Origin: a virus
Taxonomy: Duplodnaviria; Caudoviricetes
DNA: 41,052 bases
Strand: one strand, 5' to 3'
IMG/VR virus record: IMGVR_UViG_3300012002_000306
Span: 1 to 41,052 of that record
Part shown: positions 17,234-28,377 of the stretch, piece by piece
How the letters are laid out: each line of letters starts with the position of its first letter
Numbering within the stretch: the stretch's first letter is position 1
The notes under the pieces: model-generated
What the model saw: only the letters and a program-made list of their open reading frames with translations
What the model was told of the DNA's origin: nothing
The model's database searches: none
Program-made: the position numbers and the translations under genes

Positions 17234-19492
17234 ATGCCACGCATACCAACATACAAACGCCAAGTGTACGCTGACAGGACCCCGCAGACCGCGTATAAGC
17301 CGATACCAGAGGGTCTTCTCCCGAAGTTCGACCCGAAAAAAGGCGAGGTCATGCTCAAGAAGTTTGAGCTCGAGCGACGGAAGTCTAACCAGCAGATGGC
17401 AAGCAACATCATGCAGTTCGGGCAGCAACTATTCAGCGTATTGGGTCAGCTGCAGCAGGCACATATTGCGACGAAAATCCGGGAAGCGGAGACCCAGGCA
17501 AAAAACACGTTCGACCAGCTCTACCAGCAGTTTGAATATGATCCTAACTATGAACAGTTTGAGGAGCGGTTCGAAAAAGCACAGGAGAAGCTGTATGAGG
17601 ACCAGACGGCAGACATGGGCCCTGCCGTGGCGAAAGCATACGAATCGAAGTTTGCAGGCTTAAAGGGGCAGTACGAGACGCAGGTACAGCGACTCGTCTT
17701 GGAAAAAGACCATGCGCACGGTCAGGCCTCTATGAAATACCAGATGAAGAACGCCATAGAGAAGGGTGACGAAGACATGCTGAAACGGGTCCTTTTCGGT
17801 GAGGACATTGTCGATCGCCCTAAACAACCGGCAGAAAGTGGTGCGCCGATGTCCGTCAGTGAGTGGCAGAACACGCCAGATGGCAGAAAGTCTAAGAATT
17901 ATGGCGGAACTCCGGAAGAAATAGAAGCGTATATCGAAGACCCGGACGCTGCGGTAGAGAAGTACTACACACCTACCCGAGTCATACGTAATCGGGAAAA
18001 AGAGATGTCGAAAGAGGCCTTTCGGCGCTATCTTGACGCACACGCCAGATCATACCAGAAGGACGCGTACTTAGAGACTGGGGAGCCGAGGGAAAAAATA
18101 ACGACTATGCGCGTTCCAGGGGCTGTCGAAAACAAATACGTATCACGAGACGAGGCTCTCAGGCTTTACGACGAAGGGCTGTATGAGATGATGAAGATAC
18201 AGGTTTTCAAGGGCCTCGCTGCAGCCGACCCGGAGAAGGCGATGCAGAAGCTCATGGAAAGAGATGAGAGCGGAGACCATGTTCTCGCGCCGGAGCTGCG
18301 CCAGGAAGACCGGAATAACATGTATAAGAAGCTGGAAGATATCCACCGCCGCGAGCAGGACCGACTACAAAAAATAGATGATGAGATGTGGGAGAAGGGG
18401 CTGGATGCCTTCCGCCACCACGAGTTGTCCTATGATGGAATAAACACTCTGAGGTCCAACGGCTTAGGTGCAGAGCGTGCGTTAAGACTGGACAACATGC
18501 TCAACGCTCGGATAGAACAGGCAGAGAAAGAGCGCACGATGAGGGGACAGGGGATGGATATAGACGCATCTCCATTCATAACGGAGATAAGAAAAGATAT
18601 CCGCGAGGGCGTGCATCCGGACATTGTGGAGCAGAAAATAAACAAATACAACTCTCGAGGTCTGCTCGGGCAAGGAAGTGGAAACAAGGCGGACAGGTTG
18701 TATGACGAGAACCTGAACCGAGATGAAGACCCGGTCATGAAAGATATCCACAAACGGTTTGACACAGTAGCGAGAAAGAACCCGGAAGCCAGCGTGGCCC
18801 GCGAACAGTTCGATACTCTGGTTGAGGGGATGGTCTACGACGACAAGGGGGTCCGGAAAACTGACATTGCTACGTACAAGAACGTACAGGAGCTTGCGGA
18901 CAGCTTTCTGATACCTTTTGAGCGTGACAACATTATCGAGACCATGGCGGGGGAGGATGCAAAAGACATCATAGACGACCCCCGGGAATACGCGGCGCAG
19001 TATCATACGATGAACGAGCTCAACGACGTTATATCAAACGGTTATTATGTGCTGTGGGATGAAGCCCTACGGTCAAGATACGAGCCAATAAAAGAGATCT
19101 ACACTGACTATTTAGTAGAGTTGTACAACCAGGATCGGCGGGACTATGACCGCCAGCGACTGGACAGGAGAAGCCCGGTCGCTTACCACGATGGGATACG
19201 ACCTGTCCTGAGAGACCGTGACGGCAACCGGTGGGTGGCCGAGACGTTTCGGGACCAGACGAAATTCGTGCCGTATTCCGTAGAACGAATGGACCAGACC
19301 GGGAGGGTATACAACGATCCGGAGCTGGGGGCTATCTACTATGTTGACGGTGACTGGTACAAGGAAGAGGACCTTGCCGCAGAAGGGCGCCTCGGCAAGA
19401 AGAAACATTCCACAGTCGTCGGCGGGGAAGTATTCACGAGCAGTGACCTAATGATTAAAGATGAAAAAGGCGAATGGTGGGTGGTCTACTGA
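17234..19492 (+). CDS. Internal virion/ejection protein
   Basis: 752 aa helical protein beginning MPRIPTY; AGGAG RBS; synteny. Confidence 0.65.
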   Translation: MPRIPTYKRQVYADRTPQTAYKPIPEGLLPKFDPKKGEVMLKKFELERRKSNQQMASNIMQFGQQLFSVLGQLQQAHIATKIREAETQAKNTFDQLYQQFEYDPNYEQFEERFEKAQEKLYEDQTADMGPAVAKAYESKFAGLKGQYETQVQRLVLEKDHAHGQASMKYQMKNAIEKGDEDMLKRVLFGEDIVDRPKQPAESGAPMSVSEWQNTPDGRKSKNYGGTPEEIEAYIEDPDAAVEKYYTPTRVIRNREKEMSKEAFRRYLDAHARSYQKDAYLETGEPREKITTMRVPGAVENKYVSRDEALRLYDEGLYEMMKIQVFKGLAAADPEKAMQKLMERDESGDHVLAPELRQEDRNNMYKKLEDIHRREQDRLQKIDDEMWEKGLDAFRHHELSYDGINTLRSNGLGAERALRLDNMLNARIEQAEKERTMRGQGMDIDASPFITEIRKDIREGVHPDIVEQKINKYNSRGLLGQGSGNKADRLYDENLNRDEDPVMKDIHKRFDTVARKNPEASVAREQFDTLVEGMVYDDKGVRKTDIATYKNVQELADSFLIPFERDNIIETMAGEDAKDIIDDPREYAAQYHTMNELNDVISNGYYVLWDEALRSRYEPIKEIYTDYLVELYNQDRRDYDRQRLDRRSPVAYHDGIRPVLRDRDGNRWVAETFRDQTKFVPYSVERMDQTGRVYNDPELGAIYYVDGDWYKEEDLAAEGRLGKKKHSTVVGGEVFTSSDLMIKDEKGEWWVVY

Positions 19493-22400
19493 TGTCTGAT
19501 ATTCAACTGTTTACCAGAGAGGAAGCGCTTGAAGGGACGATATCACAGTTCCGCCCGACAGAGAACGAATATCCTCAAAAGAAGAAGTTTCGTCTCATGC
19601 CCGAGATTAAACCTTTTGTATTCAACAACGTGCCGGAGCCAGGGACCAAGGAAGCCGACCTATGGCGGCAGACCGAGTCCATGCCGAACCCGGAGGAAGA
19701 ACGGGCACGCATAGACGTTGCCATGGCTTTTTCCAACGCTACGGACATCGAGTTCGAGACCGCGTATCAAAACGTGGACTCCTTAATAGAAGTCATGGCG
19801 AACGGCGGCAGAGGTGGTGGGAGGGAATACATGGAGATGAAGGCGACCGAGGCGAGAGAGTACCTAGGAAGCATGCACGAGATCGGGCAACTGATAACCA
19901 AGCGTGGAAGACTCGGGTTCGATATGCTGCAGAACGGTGTAGACGAAGAAAAACTCGAGTTAAGTCAGGAGCTGGATCAGGAAATGCAAAAGCTCTATGA
20001 GCAGGAAACAGAGAACCCGTTTCTCTGGGCAGTCGGGCAGGCGGCAAACATGTGGCCGATGATGTTTGAAGGCATGAAGAAAGGTGCACAGAGAGGTGCC
20101 GGGCTTGCGGCCTCTTTTGCCGGAGCCGCCGCAGCCGCAGGACAGGTGCCCCCCTTAACCGTTGTGCCGGAAGAAATCGCCACGGTCCCCGGGGCTGCGA
20201 TCGCAGGGTTCTCCGTCGGTATGGCCTGGGGGACAGCGGAGTCAACATTCCACGTTGAGGGGGGCAACTTCTTCATGGACATGGTGAATGAAGGAGTCGA
20301 TCCAGATATAGCGCAGTGGGCCGCCCTTGGCGGCGGGTTCCTCTCTGCACTCGTCGAGACGGTACAGGTAAACCAGATCCTCTCAAACCTTCCGGGGCTT
20401 GAGAATATCGTCCGCTCGAACATCGGAAAGGTAGTTAAGGAAGCTGCAGGGAAGGTAACAAAGTCTTCCGCCGGGAAACTTGCGCTTACCTACGGCATGA
20501 ACGTTGCCACAGAGACCGGAGAGGAGGTTATACAGGAAGTTATACAGATTGCCTCGGAAGACCTCGTAAAACGAGTGAACAACCAGGTCCACGGGACGGA
20601 GTACGAGGGCGCATGGCAGGACGCTATCCCGAGGATCATGGAAACGGCGAAGTCGTCTGCGGCGGGACTTTCTGTTATCGGCCTACCCGGTCTAGTCGGG
20701 AACGCGATGACCGTGAATGTACGGGAACTCAGAGATACCAAGCCGAGAGAGCAGGTGGAAAAACTCTATGACGAAGTGGCACAGGACCTGACGCCCGAGG
20801 ATAAAAAAGAAGTAAACGCACGGTTAGGGATGGACGTCTACGCAGAGATCCGCGTGCTCGAAGAAGAAAAGGCGAAGCTTGAGGAGAAGTACGCAGACCA
20901 GCCGACCGTATTGGCCGCAGAGCTTATCAAGAACCAGCGGGAGATTGATTTCCTGCGGGACCAGAAGTTTAAAGAAGAGGTAAAGAAAAACCCGAAGCCA
21001 TGGATGATGACCAGAACAGAATGGGAGTCGACGATTGACGAGCGGGTACAGCAGCGCGGAGAGCTTATCTTTTCCGATGAGTTCAAGCAGCGGATAGCGG
21101 ACAATATGCCGCAGCTTGCAGAGGAAGAAGTAGAAGGGGCCGCCATTCTCGTCCAACTCAGAGCTGAGGCACTAGGGATGACCCGCGACCAGTATCTCTC
21201 GACCACCTTCCAGCCGCAGATCTTTGCTGAACAGGACCGGACCCGGGGCGTTATGAAGCAGGAGAGTAGGGGCGCTATTGAGTTTACCGAAGACGCGAAG
21301 GCTCTGTTTCATGCGACTAAGGCGAGTGACTTCTCTACGTTTGCCCATGAGATGGCCCACGTATGGCGGAAGGAGCTCATGGGAGAAGACCTTCGAGCTG
21401 CCGAAGAATGGGCCGGTGTGAAGGAAGGGACCTGGACAAGGGAGGCAGAGGAGAAGTTTGCCAAACACTTTGAGAGATACCTGCAGGAAGGATACGCTCC
21501 GAGTGAGCAGCTTCGGAGTGTATTTCAGAAGTTTGCTGAGTGGATGCGGAAAGTGTTTGCCTATATCGGGGAACGGTGGGACCTGTCACCGGAGATACGG
21601 GGCGTGTACGATCGCCTGTTTGCCCCTGGCCAGAAAGCGCAGCAGTTGCAGGGCGAAGGAGTGCTTTATCAGGAAGTAAATAACACCTCGATAGACAGCT
21701 ACCAGTTGTCTGATAAATGGACATTCAAGAACGTTCACCGTGACTATCATCACGGACAAAATGATTATATCGCCGGTTTGCTGGACGATTCCGGAGAAGT
21801 TGTTTCTCAAGTAGCCTATTCGATATTTGATGAGGAGATACACGTAAACATGATAGAGACCTTTCCTGAATACCAACGGCAAGGTGCTGCTCGTGAGCTT
21901 TTAGTCCGTATCAGGAAAGAAAATGAAGGAATGCCGATTGAACCGGGTATGCAGACAGAAACGGGCGCAGCCCTTGTCCAGGACATGACCGAGAGAAACA
22001 TCCTTTTCCAGCCAGCTCCGCCGGTAGACAGTGAAGCTTTCAAAAAATGGTTCGGCGATAGCAAGGTCGTCGACGAGAATGGTGACCCTTTGGTGGTCTA
22101 TCATGGGACTGATAAGTTTTTTGACGAGTTTGACAACTGGCTCCCCAACTTTTTTACAGAAACAAAAGAATATACCAAAGGTTTCGGGGACAAGCAGATG
22201 GCGGCATACCTTAGCATACAAAGGCCCTTCGATCCGGAAAATGATAAAACAGCTAGGAAGATGTACAATGATGAATTTGTCCCCTGGGCGAAAGAAACAT
22301 ATCGGGACAACAAAAGATATACCTCTCTGACGAAGGACGAAAAGGTCCCTTTTACAACAGCCAATACTTTGTTTGTTTTTTTAAGGAGAAAGCAGAGAGA

Positions 22401-25400
22401 GGACCCTTCGTTCCGGTACGACGGGATCCTCATTGATGAGCATATCGGTGAGGTGACCGCATGGGTCCCCTTGCAGAACACCCAAATAAAGTCAGTCCAC
22501 AACAAAGGCACATGGGACCAGGACAATCCTAACATCCTCTTCCAGCCAGCTCCGCCGGTAGACAGTGAAGCTTTCAGAAAGTGGTTTGGTGACAGTAAGG
22601 TGGTTGACGAGAACGGGGACCCGCTGGTTGTTTATCATGGCGGGGCAACCGAGACATCTGCGTTCCGGTCGGAGTCAAGCAGAGGGAACATGGGGGCCGC
22701 CTATTTCACCGACGACCCTTTTGTTGCGTCAGCTTATGCCGTGCTGGGAGGTATTGATGACAGCTACACTGCAGACGAAGCATCATTGCAGTTGTTTGGC
22801 GAAGACCCGATGGAGGAGGGAAGATCGGGGAGAATAACTCCGGCCTTTTTATCGATCAGCAAACCTATAGATCCGGCATCAGCAACTCAAATCACAAGCG
22901 ATATGTTGCTGGAGTTCTACAAAAGCGAATTGTCCGGGTGGATCAAAGAGGAAGAGTTTCAGGGGACAAAGAAAGAATACGTTGAACAGCTTCTCGAGAA
23001 AGACCCGTTTCGGGGTATGATAGAGTATGACGGGATATCGTTAGGAGATGATGTCTCGGCTGCGTTTGCAACGCTATTATATAAAGAAGATCTGAAAAGT
23101 TTTATGGCCGAGTACGGTTATGACGGCGTTATCTACGAAGACTTGGAAGCCGGAGGCAAGACCTACATACCCTTGAACCCCGAACAGATAAAGTCAGTCT
23201 ATAACAAGGGCGTTTGGGACCCGGACAGTCCGAATATTCTCTACAAAGACTTCTCACACCGCGACTCCGTCCGTGAAGCAGTGGAGGCCGGATTGCCGGT
23301 CCCCGATAACGTCCTGCAGGAATACGCTGACGAAGACTGGGCACAGGAAGAATTCCGTACCAGGAGCGAATACGCGGCAGACGCTATCACTTTCGAAACG
23401 ATGGACCAGTATGTGTCCTTCGCTCAGTCGATGGATCCGCAGGGTCGACCAGCCTCGTACCATGAGTACATTTACAATCAGTCGAAGATGAAGGCGGACC
23501 CCAGCCGGGGTACAGACCAGTTAAGCCTTACCATCGGCAACCAAAAGTTCGTTGAATCTGTGACAAAACCTGTGTTGGTTGGTTACTTGCAAGAGGCCAT
23601 CAGGCGGGGCAGCATCCAGGGCCTACACGGTGTTATCCAGACGGCAGCGAAAGCCGCAGTCAAAAACAATGACATAACGGATGCACACTATAAGAAGGCC
23701 ATGGACCAGATCAAGGCCGACCCTGCTTATTACCGTGAAGATTTCGCTATATTGCTCGAAGACACTGAAGAGCTTGCACAAATGCAGAGGGAACGGGAAG
23801 CAGACCCGGCTGCAGCCGAGATCGAGGAACTACAGCGGAACCTCTCACAGACCAGGGCAGACCTGCGGAAGTCAAAGGAAAGACTTGGCAGTTATCAGGA
23901 CCGCATTTACAACCTGGACGCACGGGTTGATTATTGGACGAGGGAGCACGAGAAACGGAAACGGGAACTGAAAGAGTTTGCAGCTGAGATTGAAGAGGCA
24001 GAGAAAGACGCGACGAAGTCCGCACGGCAGGAAGCACGGCTGCAGAAGGAACAGGCAGTCAAAGAAGCGAAACAGCAAATGCGGGAAGCGCAGAAGGCGA
24101 AGAAGCAGGCAAAAGATGCCCGAGACTATTTTAAGAAGGTGGTGTCTCGTATCATGAAACCCCCTTCTGCAGCGATCGCCTGGGATAAGGCTCAGAGGAT
24201 CAAAGAAATACAGGGAGGACTCGCGGTCAAGGGCCCCCGCGCCCAGGAGTATATCGACCGGCAGCATCTAAAACGAGTGATAGACAAGAACCCGGACGCG
24301 GGATATCCGGCAGAAGTCTTAAAGGAAGCAAACCGGGTCAGCGTGCATGATCTCACGATAGACGACATAGAAAACATATACGACGAGGTCAAGTCACTGC
24401 GGAACATGGGGCGCCTCGAAAAAGACATCATGGACCTTGAAGAACGGATATGGATTGACCAGCACATCAACTCGATATTTAAGACGGTCACCGGCGGGTA
24501 CCCACCTACAGACAAAAATGTTGGAAGTGTAGAGGCAAAAGAGGCCCGGAGGACCCCGGCGGGGAAGAAGGCGAAGTATCTGTTTATGCGCCCGGACCGT
24601 GTCGTCGAAGTGTTAGGCGGCGGCCCTTTTAAGAAGCTGTTCAGAGACTACATAAACGACGCCCAGGACAGTGAACTGGTCGAACTCAATCGCAGATATG
24701 AGATTGCCCAGGACATGATGAAAAGTCTTGACATTGCTCCGGCAGAGTTGGGACGGCTTCTCCAGGCCGACGGGGCGGAATATACCGTCGATGACGTTAT
24801 CCATATGTGGATTGCGCTGCAGGACGAGGACTCGGAAGCGACCCTCTACAACGGAAACAATATCGACCCGGACACCGTGGACAGCCTGGTCTCCCAACTC
24901 GAGGAGAAACATATCAGGTGGGGACAGTTTATGATGGACGAGTTTTCCGAAGAAAACTTCGAGCGTATTAACCAGATACTCAGAGAGACGGAAAACCGAG
25001 AGATGGTCAAGGTAGAGAAGTACTTCCCGATACGGCGGGCAGGCCAGAATATAGACTCGTTTAAGGACGAACTTAAGAACGAAATACTCGATCGGTATGC
25101 TTTGAAACGGGCATATCCTGGGAAAAAGTTTACTATCGAACGAACCCACAACGAAGGCGCGGCCCAGATACCGATGAGGCTTGGGGCAACGAATCTCTTC
25201 TTTGACCAGTTGCAGAAGCAAGAAAGCTTTATCGCGAAGGCGCAGCTTGCGAAACGACTGCACAGGATATTCCGGAACGAAGATGTTTCCCGGGCGATCC
25301 GGCAGAAATTCGGTGACGAGATGAACAACTGGGTTGAGAAATATATCAACGACTGGGTAAACCCGAACATCTACAAGGTAAACGATACCCTGCATCATGT

Positions 25401-26376
25401 ATCCAGGGTCCTCCGGTCGCATGCAGCGTTGTCATATTTAGGTTTTAACCTCTTGACGCCGCTTAAGCAGCTGCCTTCCCTCGCGTTTTTCCTGGCAGAT
25501 GCAGGCCCGTTCCATATGCTCGGGGCGGCCACGGAAATGCTATTCGACCGAAAGGAGACAAGAAGACTTATTGACGAGAGCGATCCGCAGGTCAAATACC
25601 GGTCCTTCGACCGAATAACCGAAGAGCTGAAACTGCAAGGCCGGGGCGCGTATGATCGGTTTGTTCAGAAAGTGGGAAAGGCCGGCATGTCCATGATCCA
25701 GTTTATGGACCGACAGGCGATATTAACCGGCTGGAAGGCTGTGTACAACAAAGCCAAGGCCGACGGCCTGAGCCATGAGGATGCCGTCAGGAAAGCAAAG
25801 GACGTAACACTCAGGACCCAGCCGCAGGCATCGGCCAAGGACCTTCCCCAGGCATACCGTACAAACGAAATTCTTAACTGGTTTCTGATGTTCAGCAATC
25901 AGCTCAACCAGATTTGGAACATGATTACCCATGATATTCCGCAGGACCTGAAAAACCGCAAATGGGGCCATGCCATGGGTACGACTTCGGCGGTGGTCAT
26001 CTCTGGTCTTATGATCGGCATGTTGAGCCGAAGACGTGTGCCTGACGAACCGGAAGAACTGTACGAAGATGTCAGAGATCAGCTGTTATCCGCTATTCCG
26101 GTTGTCGGCGGGAATATTAAGGCCGGAATATCCGGATGGTGGGGGACCGGTGTTGATCCGGTCCCGGTAGCCTCAGAGATCGGTGCGCTGATAAGGGATA
26201 TTGAACAGATAGCCAAAGACGACGCGGACATGGAGCTGCGCACGATACTCAGGGTGATTGAAAGCGCAATGGTGACCGGAGGACTGCCGACCGTGCAGCC
26301 TCGACGGACCATCAAGTCGATTATAAACGAGGACCCGTGGGAACTCATCGGGGGAACCTGGGGCGAGGAGGAATAA
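19492..26376 (+). CDS. Large polyvalent ejection protein (HExxH metallopeptidase-like, GNAT and two ADP-ribosyltransferase-like modules)
   Basis: TGATG overlap; FAHEMAHVW...EEKFA; IETFPEYQRQGAA; two copies of F.KWFGDSKVVDENGDPLVVYHG...YDG.I...QIKSV.NKG.WD. Confidence 0.82.
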   Translation: MSDIQLFTREEALEGTISQFRPTENEYPQKKKFRLMPEIKPFVFNNVPEPGTKEADLWRQTESMPNPEEERARIDVAMAFSNATDIEFETAYQNVDSLIEVMANGGRGGGREYMEMKATEAREYLGSMHEIGQLITKRGRLGFDMLQNGVDEEKLELSQELDQEMQKLYEQETENPFLWAVGQAANMWPMMFEGMKKGAQRGAGLAASFAGAAAAAGQVPPLTVVPEEIATVPGAAIAGFSVGMAWGTAESTFHVEGGNFFMDMVNEGVDPDIAQWAALGGGFLSALVETVQVNQILSNLPGLENIVRSNIGKVVKEAAGKVTKSSAGKLALTYGMNVATETGEEVIQEVIQIASEDLVKRVNNQVHGTEYEGAWQDAIPRIMETAKSSAAGLSVIGLPGLVGNAMTVNVRELRDTKPREQVEKLYDEVAQDLTPEDKKEVNARLGMDVYAEIRVLEEEKAKLEEKYADQPTVLAAELIKNQREIDFLRDQKFKEEVKKNPKPWMMTRTEWESTIDERVQQRGELIFSDEFKQRIADNMPQLAEEEVEGAAILVQLRAEALGMTRDQYLSTTFQPQIFAEQDRTRGVMKQESRGAIEFTEDAKALFHATKASDFSTFAHEMAHVWRKELMGEDLRAAEEWAGVKEGTWTREAEEKFAKHFERYLQEGYAPSEQLRSVFQKFAEWMRKVFAYIGERWDLSPEIRGVYDRLFAPGQKAQQLQGEGVLYQEVNNTSIDSYQLSDKWTFKNVHRDYHHGQNDYIAGLLDDSGEVVSQVAYSIFDEEIHVNMIETFPEYQRQGAARELLVRIRKENEGMPIEPGMQTETGAALVQDMTERNILFQPAPPVDSEAFKKWFGDSKVVDENGDPLVVYHGTDKFFDEFDNWLPNFFTETKEYTKGFGDKQMAAYLSIQRPFDPENDKTARKMYNDEFVPWAKETYRDNKRYTSLTKDEKVPFTTANTLFVFLRRKQREDPSFRYDGILIDEHIGEVTAWVPLQNTQIKSVHNKGTWDQDNPNILFQPAPPVDSEAFRKWFGDSKVVDENGDPLVVYHGGATETSAFRSESSRGNMGAAYFTDDPFVASAYAVLGGIDDSYTADEASLQLFGEDPMEEGRSGRITPAFLSISKPIDPASATQITSDMLLEFYKSELSGWIKEEEFQGTKKEYVEQLLEKDPFRGMIEYDGISLGDDVSAAFATLLYKEDLKSFMAEYGYDGVIYEDLEAGGKTYIPLNPEQIKSVYNKGVWDPDSPNILYKDFSHRDSVREAVEAGLPVPDNVLQEYADEDWAQEEFRTRSEYAADAITFETMDQYVSFAQSMDPQGRPASYHEYIYNQSKMKADPSRGTDQLSLTIGNQKFVESVTKPVLVGYLQEAIRRGSIQGLHGVIQTAAKAAVKNNDITDAHYKKAMDQIKADPAYYREDFAILLEDTEELAQMQREREADPAAAEIEELQRNLSQTRADLRKSKERLGSYQDRIYNLDARVDYWTREHEKRKRELKEFAAEIEEAEKDATKSARQEARLQKEQAVKEAKQQMREAQKAKKQAKDARDYFKKVVSRIMKPPSAAIAWDKAQRIKEIQGGLAVKGPRAQEYIDRQHLKRVIDKNPDAGYPAEVLKEANRVSVHDLTIDDIENIYDEVKSLRNMGRLEKDIMDLEERIWIDQHINSIFKTVTGGYPPTDKNVGSVEAKEARRTPAGKKAKYLFMRPDRVVEVLGGGPFKKLFRDYINDAQDSELVELNRRYEIAQDMMKSLDIAPAELGRLLQADGAEYTVDDVIHMWIALQDEDSEATLYNGNNIDPDTVDSLVSQLEEKHIRWGQFMMDEFSEENFERINQILRETENREMVKVEKYFPIRRAGQNIDSFKDELKNEILDRYALKRAYPGKKFTIERTHNEGAAQIPMRLGATNLFFDQLQKQESFIAKAQLAKRLHRIFRNEDVSRAIRQKFGDEMNNWVEKYINDWVNPNIYKVNDTLHHVSRVLRSHAALSYLGFNLLTPLKQLPSLAFFLADAGPFHMLGAATEMLFDRKETRRLIDESDPQVKYRSFDRITEELKLQGRGAYDRFVQKVGKAGMSMIQFMDRQAILTGWKAVYNKAKADGLSHEDAVRKAKDVTLRTQPQASAKDLPQAYRTNEILNWFLMFSNQLNQIWNMITHDIPQDLKNRKWGHAMGTTSAVVISGLMIGMLSRRRVPDEPEELYEDVRDQLLSAIPVVGGNIKAGISGWWGTGVDPVPVASEIGALIRDIEQIAKDDADMELRTILRVIESAMVTGGLPTVQPRRTIKSIINEDPWELIGGTWGEEE
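21997..22640 (+). repeat. Direct repeat of a domain-boundary sequence, offset 534 nt
   Basis: Copies start at 21997 and 22531, share the exact 37-mer TTCCAGCCAGCTCCGCCGGTAGACAGTGAAGCTTTCA and encode NILFQPAPPVDSEAF.KWFGDSKVVDENGDPLVVYHG. Confidence 0.9.
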
Positions 26377-26377
26377 T

Positions 26378-27973
26378 ATGGTAGAAGGCACGACAGACAG
26401 AGTATCTTACACATGCACGGGCGGGAAGGGGCCGTACGCTATTCCCTCGGACATGACCGTATCGTTGACCGCGCGGGGGAACGCAACGAACCTGAAGGTT
26501 ATCCTGGTTGACCCGGACGACGTTGAGAATACGTTGACGTTCTCGACGGAGTACACGGTCACGGGAAGGAACGTATACACGGTCTCGAACTATAGCAGCT
26601 CGTATACGCTGATAATAGCCCGGTCCATGCCGTTTACGCAGGAGAGGGACTTGCGGAACCAGAGTACCTTGAATATGGAGCACCTGGAGACCGCCTATGA
26701 CGCCGCCTGCATGGAACGGCGCGAGCTGTTAGAGCAGATAGGCCGACAGCTGGTGTTCCCGATATCAGACCCGGACGGGCTTAACTACGAGCTTCCGGTT
26801 GTATCGAACAGAGCCTCAAGATACCTTGCCTGCGACGCATCGGGGAATATTATTGCATCATCCGGGACAATAGGCAGTGTGCCGGTATCAACGTTTATGG
26901 AAGACCTTCTTGATGACACCACTGGCGCCGCCGCATTGACGACCCTGGGCGTTACCGCAACGCCGGAAGAGATGAACCGGGTTGCCGACGGGGTCACGGC
27001 AACGGCAGCGGAGGTGAATGAGGCTGCTGACCGATCGGCGCGGACAAAGCTTCTCAGTGAAGAAAACTACACTATCTTAGACGATGACGGGTATGCGGTA
27101 TTTCTCGTCGTGACAGGGGCCGGGATCACCGGAACGGCGACGACTGACACGGAAAATAAACTGATAGACTCTACCGCGACCTTCGTTACCGACGGGGTGG
27201 TAGCAGGAGACTATATTCACAATACGACTGACGACACCTGGGGAGTAGTCGATTCCGTTGACTCGGAAACAGAGCTGACCTTAACGACCGACGCATTTCC
27301 CGACGGAGACGAGGACTGGACCTGGGCGCCGGTCACGGTTGTACTGCCGACCGCAGCGGACAACACGGGAAGGGAGATATTCGTTAAGAAACTCGACTCG
27401 GATGACGGGGTCGTGCACATAGCCTTCGAAGCCGGTGAGGACGAGGTAGACGTGGCAGAGCTCACGAGCCAGCAGGGGCGACTCAGGATGATATCTAACG
27501 GCACGAACTGGTATCTGGTTGACTACTGGGATAAAACAGACTTGACTCTAGGAACCGGCTCTGCCGATCGTAATATTCAATTTGCTACTGACGCTAATCT
27601 GCTTTGGGATGAGAGTAGAGATGAGTTTTCTTTTGATAAACCATTTAATTATCCTGCGGGGCCAGTGTACAACGGAGGATTCAACGATCCACAGGAAACT
27701 GATATTTATGAAGCTATAGACGAATTTTTCCCGGCAGTTGATTATGCGCGTCCTGTTTTCGGCGGGTGCATGGAAGGTGGGGTTACTGCATATATGGCGA
27801 TCCATTTTACGCACGCAGTTAGAACAGCTACCACCGAGATCACATTATACGGTTGGGGGACAAGCCGTCAAAGCGATGGACAAGGTGTTGGGGCTGACCT
27901 GGTACAGATCCCGTGTGTTTATGGAGACACTGGTGATACAGGGTATGAAAGAATGAGAATAGTTATTTGGTAA
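26378..27973 (+). CDS. Tail fibre protein 1
   Basis: T7-gp17-like adaptor N-terminus (EYTVTG...R..PFTQ.RDL.NQ..L..EHLE.AYD); VVLPTAADNTGREIFVKK fibre motif. Confidence 0.8.
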   Translation: MVEGTTDRVSYTCTGGKGPYAIPSDMTVSLTARGNATNLKVILVDPDDVENTLTFSTEYTVTGRNVYTVSNYSSSYTLIIARSMPFTQERDLRNQSTLNMEHLETAYDAACMERRELLEQIGRQLVFPISDPDGLNYELPVVSNRASRYLACDASGNIIASSGTIGSVPVSTFMEDLLDDTTGAAALTTLGVTATPEEMNRVADGVTATAAEVNEAADRSARTKLLSEENYTILDDDGYAVFLVVTGAGITGTATTDTENKLIDSTATFVTDGVVAGDYIHNTTDDTWGVVDSVDSETELTLTTDAFPDGDEDWTWAPVTVVLPTAADNTGREIFVKKLDSDDGVVHIAFEAGEDEVDVAELTSQQGRLRMISNGTNWYLVDYWDKTDLTLGTGSADRNIQFATDANLLWDESRDEFSFDKPFNYPAGPVYNGGFNDPQETDIYEAIDEFFPAVDYARPVFGGCMEGGVTAYMAIHFTHAVRTATTEITLYGWGTSRQSDGQGVGADLVQIPCVYGDTGDTGYERMRIVIW

Positions 27974-28001
27974 CAGATAAGTTGGCAATAAGGAGATGAA
28001 A

Positions 28002-28376
28002 ATGAAAAGAATATTGTTGATTTTGTGGCAGATACCACAGGCACTTCTCGGCGGACTGGTATTTTTGTTTGTAAGGAAAGAGAGAATCGATGTGCGGGAC
28101 GGCTACATCCTCGTGGACGTGGTCCCTCGGTGGGGACTCTCGCTTGCTCCCTTTGTGTTTGTGCCGTTTATGGGAGACGACAAGACACTTGCTCACGAAA
28201 TGGGTCATGCAAAACAGTCTCTCTACGCAGGACCGCTGTACCTGCCCATCATCGGGCTGCCGAGTATCATTCGGGCTGCGATATGGCGACTCGATAAGAG
28301 CCGGAAGAACGCTGACTATTACAAAGGATACCCTGAAAACTGGGCAGATAAACTCGGAGGGGTAGAAAGGAGCTGA
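28002..28376 (+). CDS. Small membrane protein with HExxH motif
   Basis: LWQIPQALLG, GLSL, LAHEMGHAKQS..GPLYL.IIGLPS, ENWAD; AGGAG RBS favours ATG 28002. Confidence 0.72.
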   Translation: MKRILLILWQIPQALLGGLVFLFVRKERIDVRDGYILVDVVPRWGLSLAPFVFVPFMGDDKTLAHEMGHAKQSLYAGPLYLPIIGLPSIIRAAIWRLDKSRKNADYYKGYPENWADKLGGVERS

Positions 28377-28377
28377 T

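Noticed and set aside
24613-25422. Long minus-strand ORFs (this one, 3423..4058, 5513..6235, 27963..28544, 35593..36318)
   Set aside because: They are antisense shadows of well-supported plus-strand genes, with no motifs.
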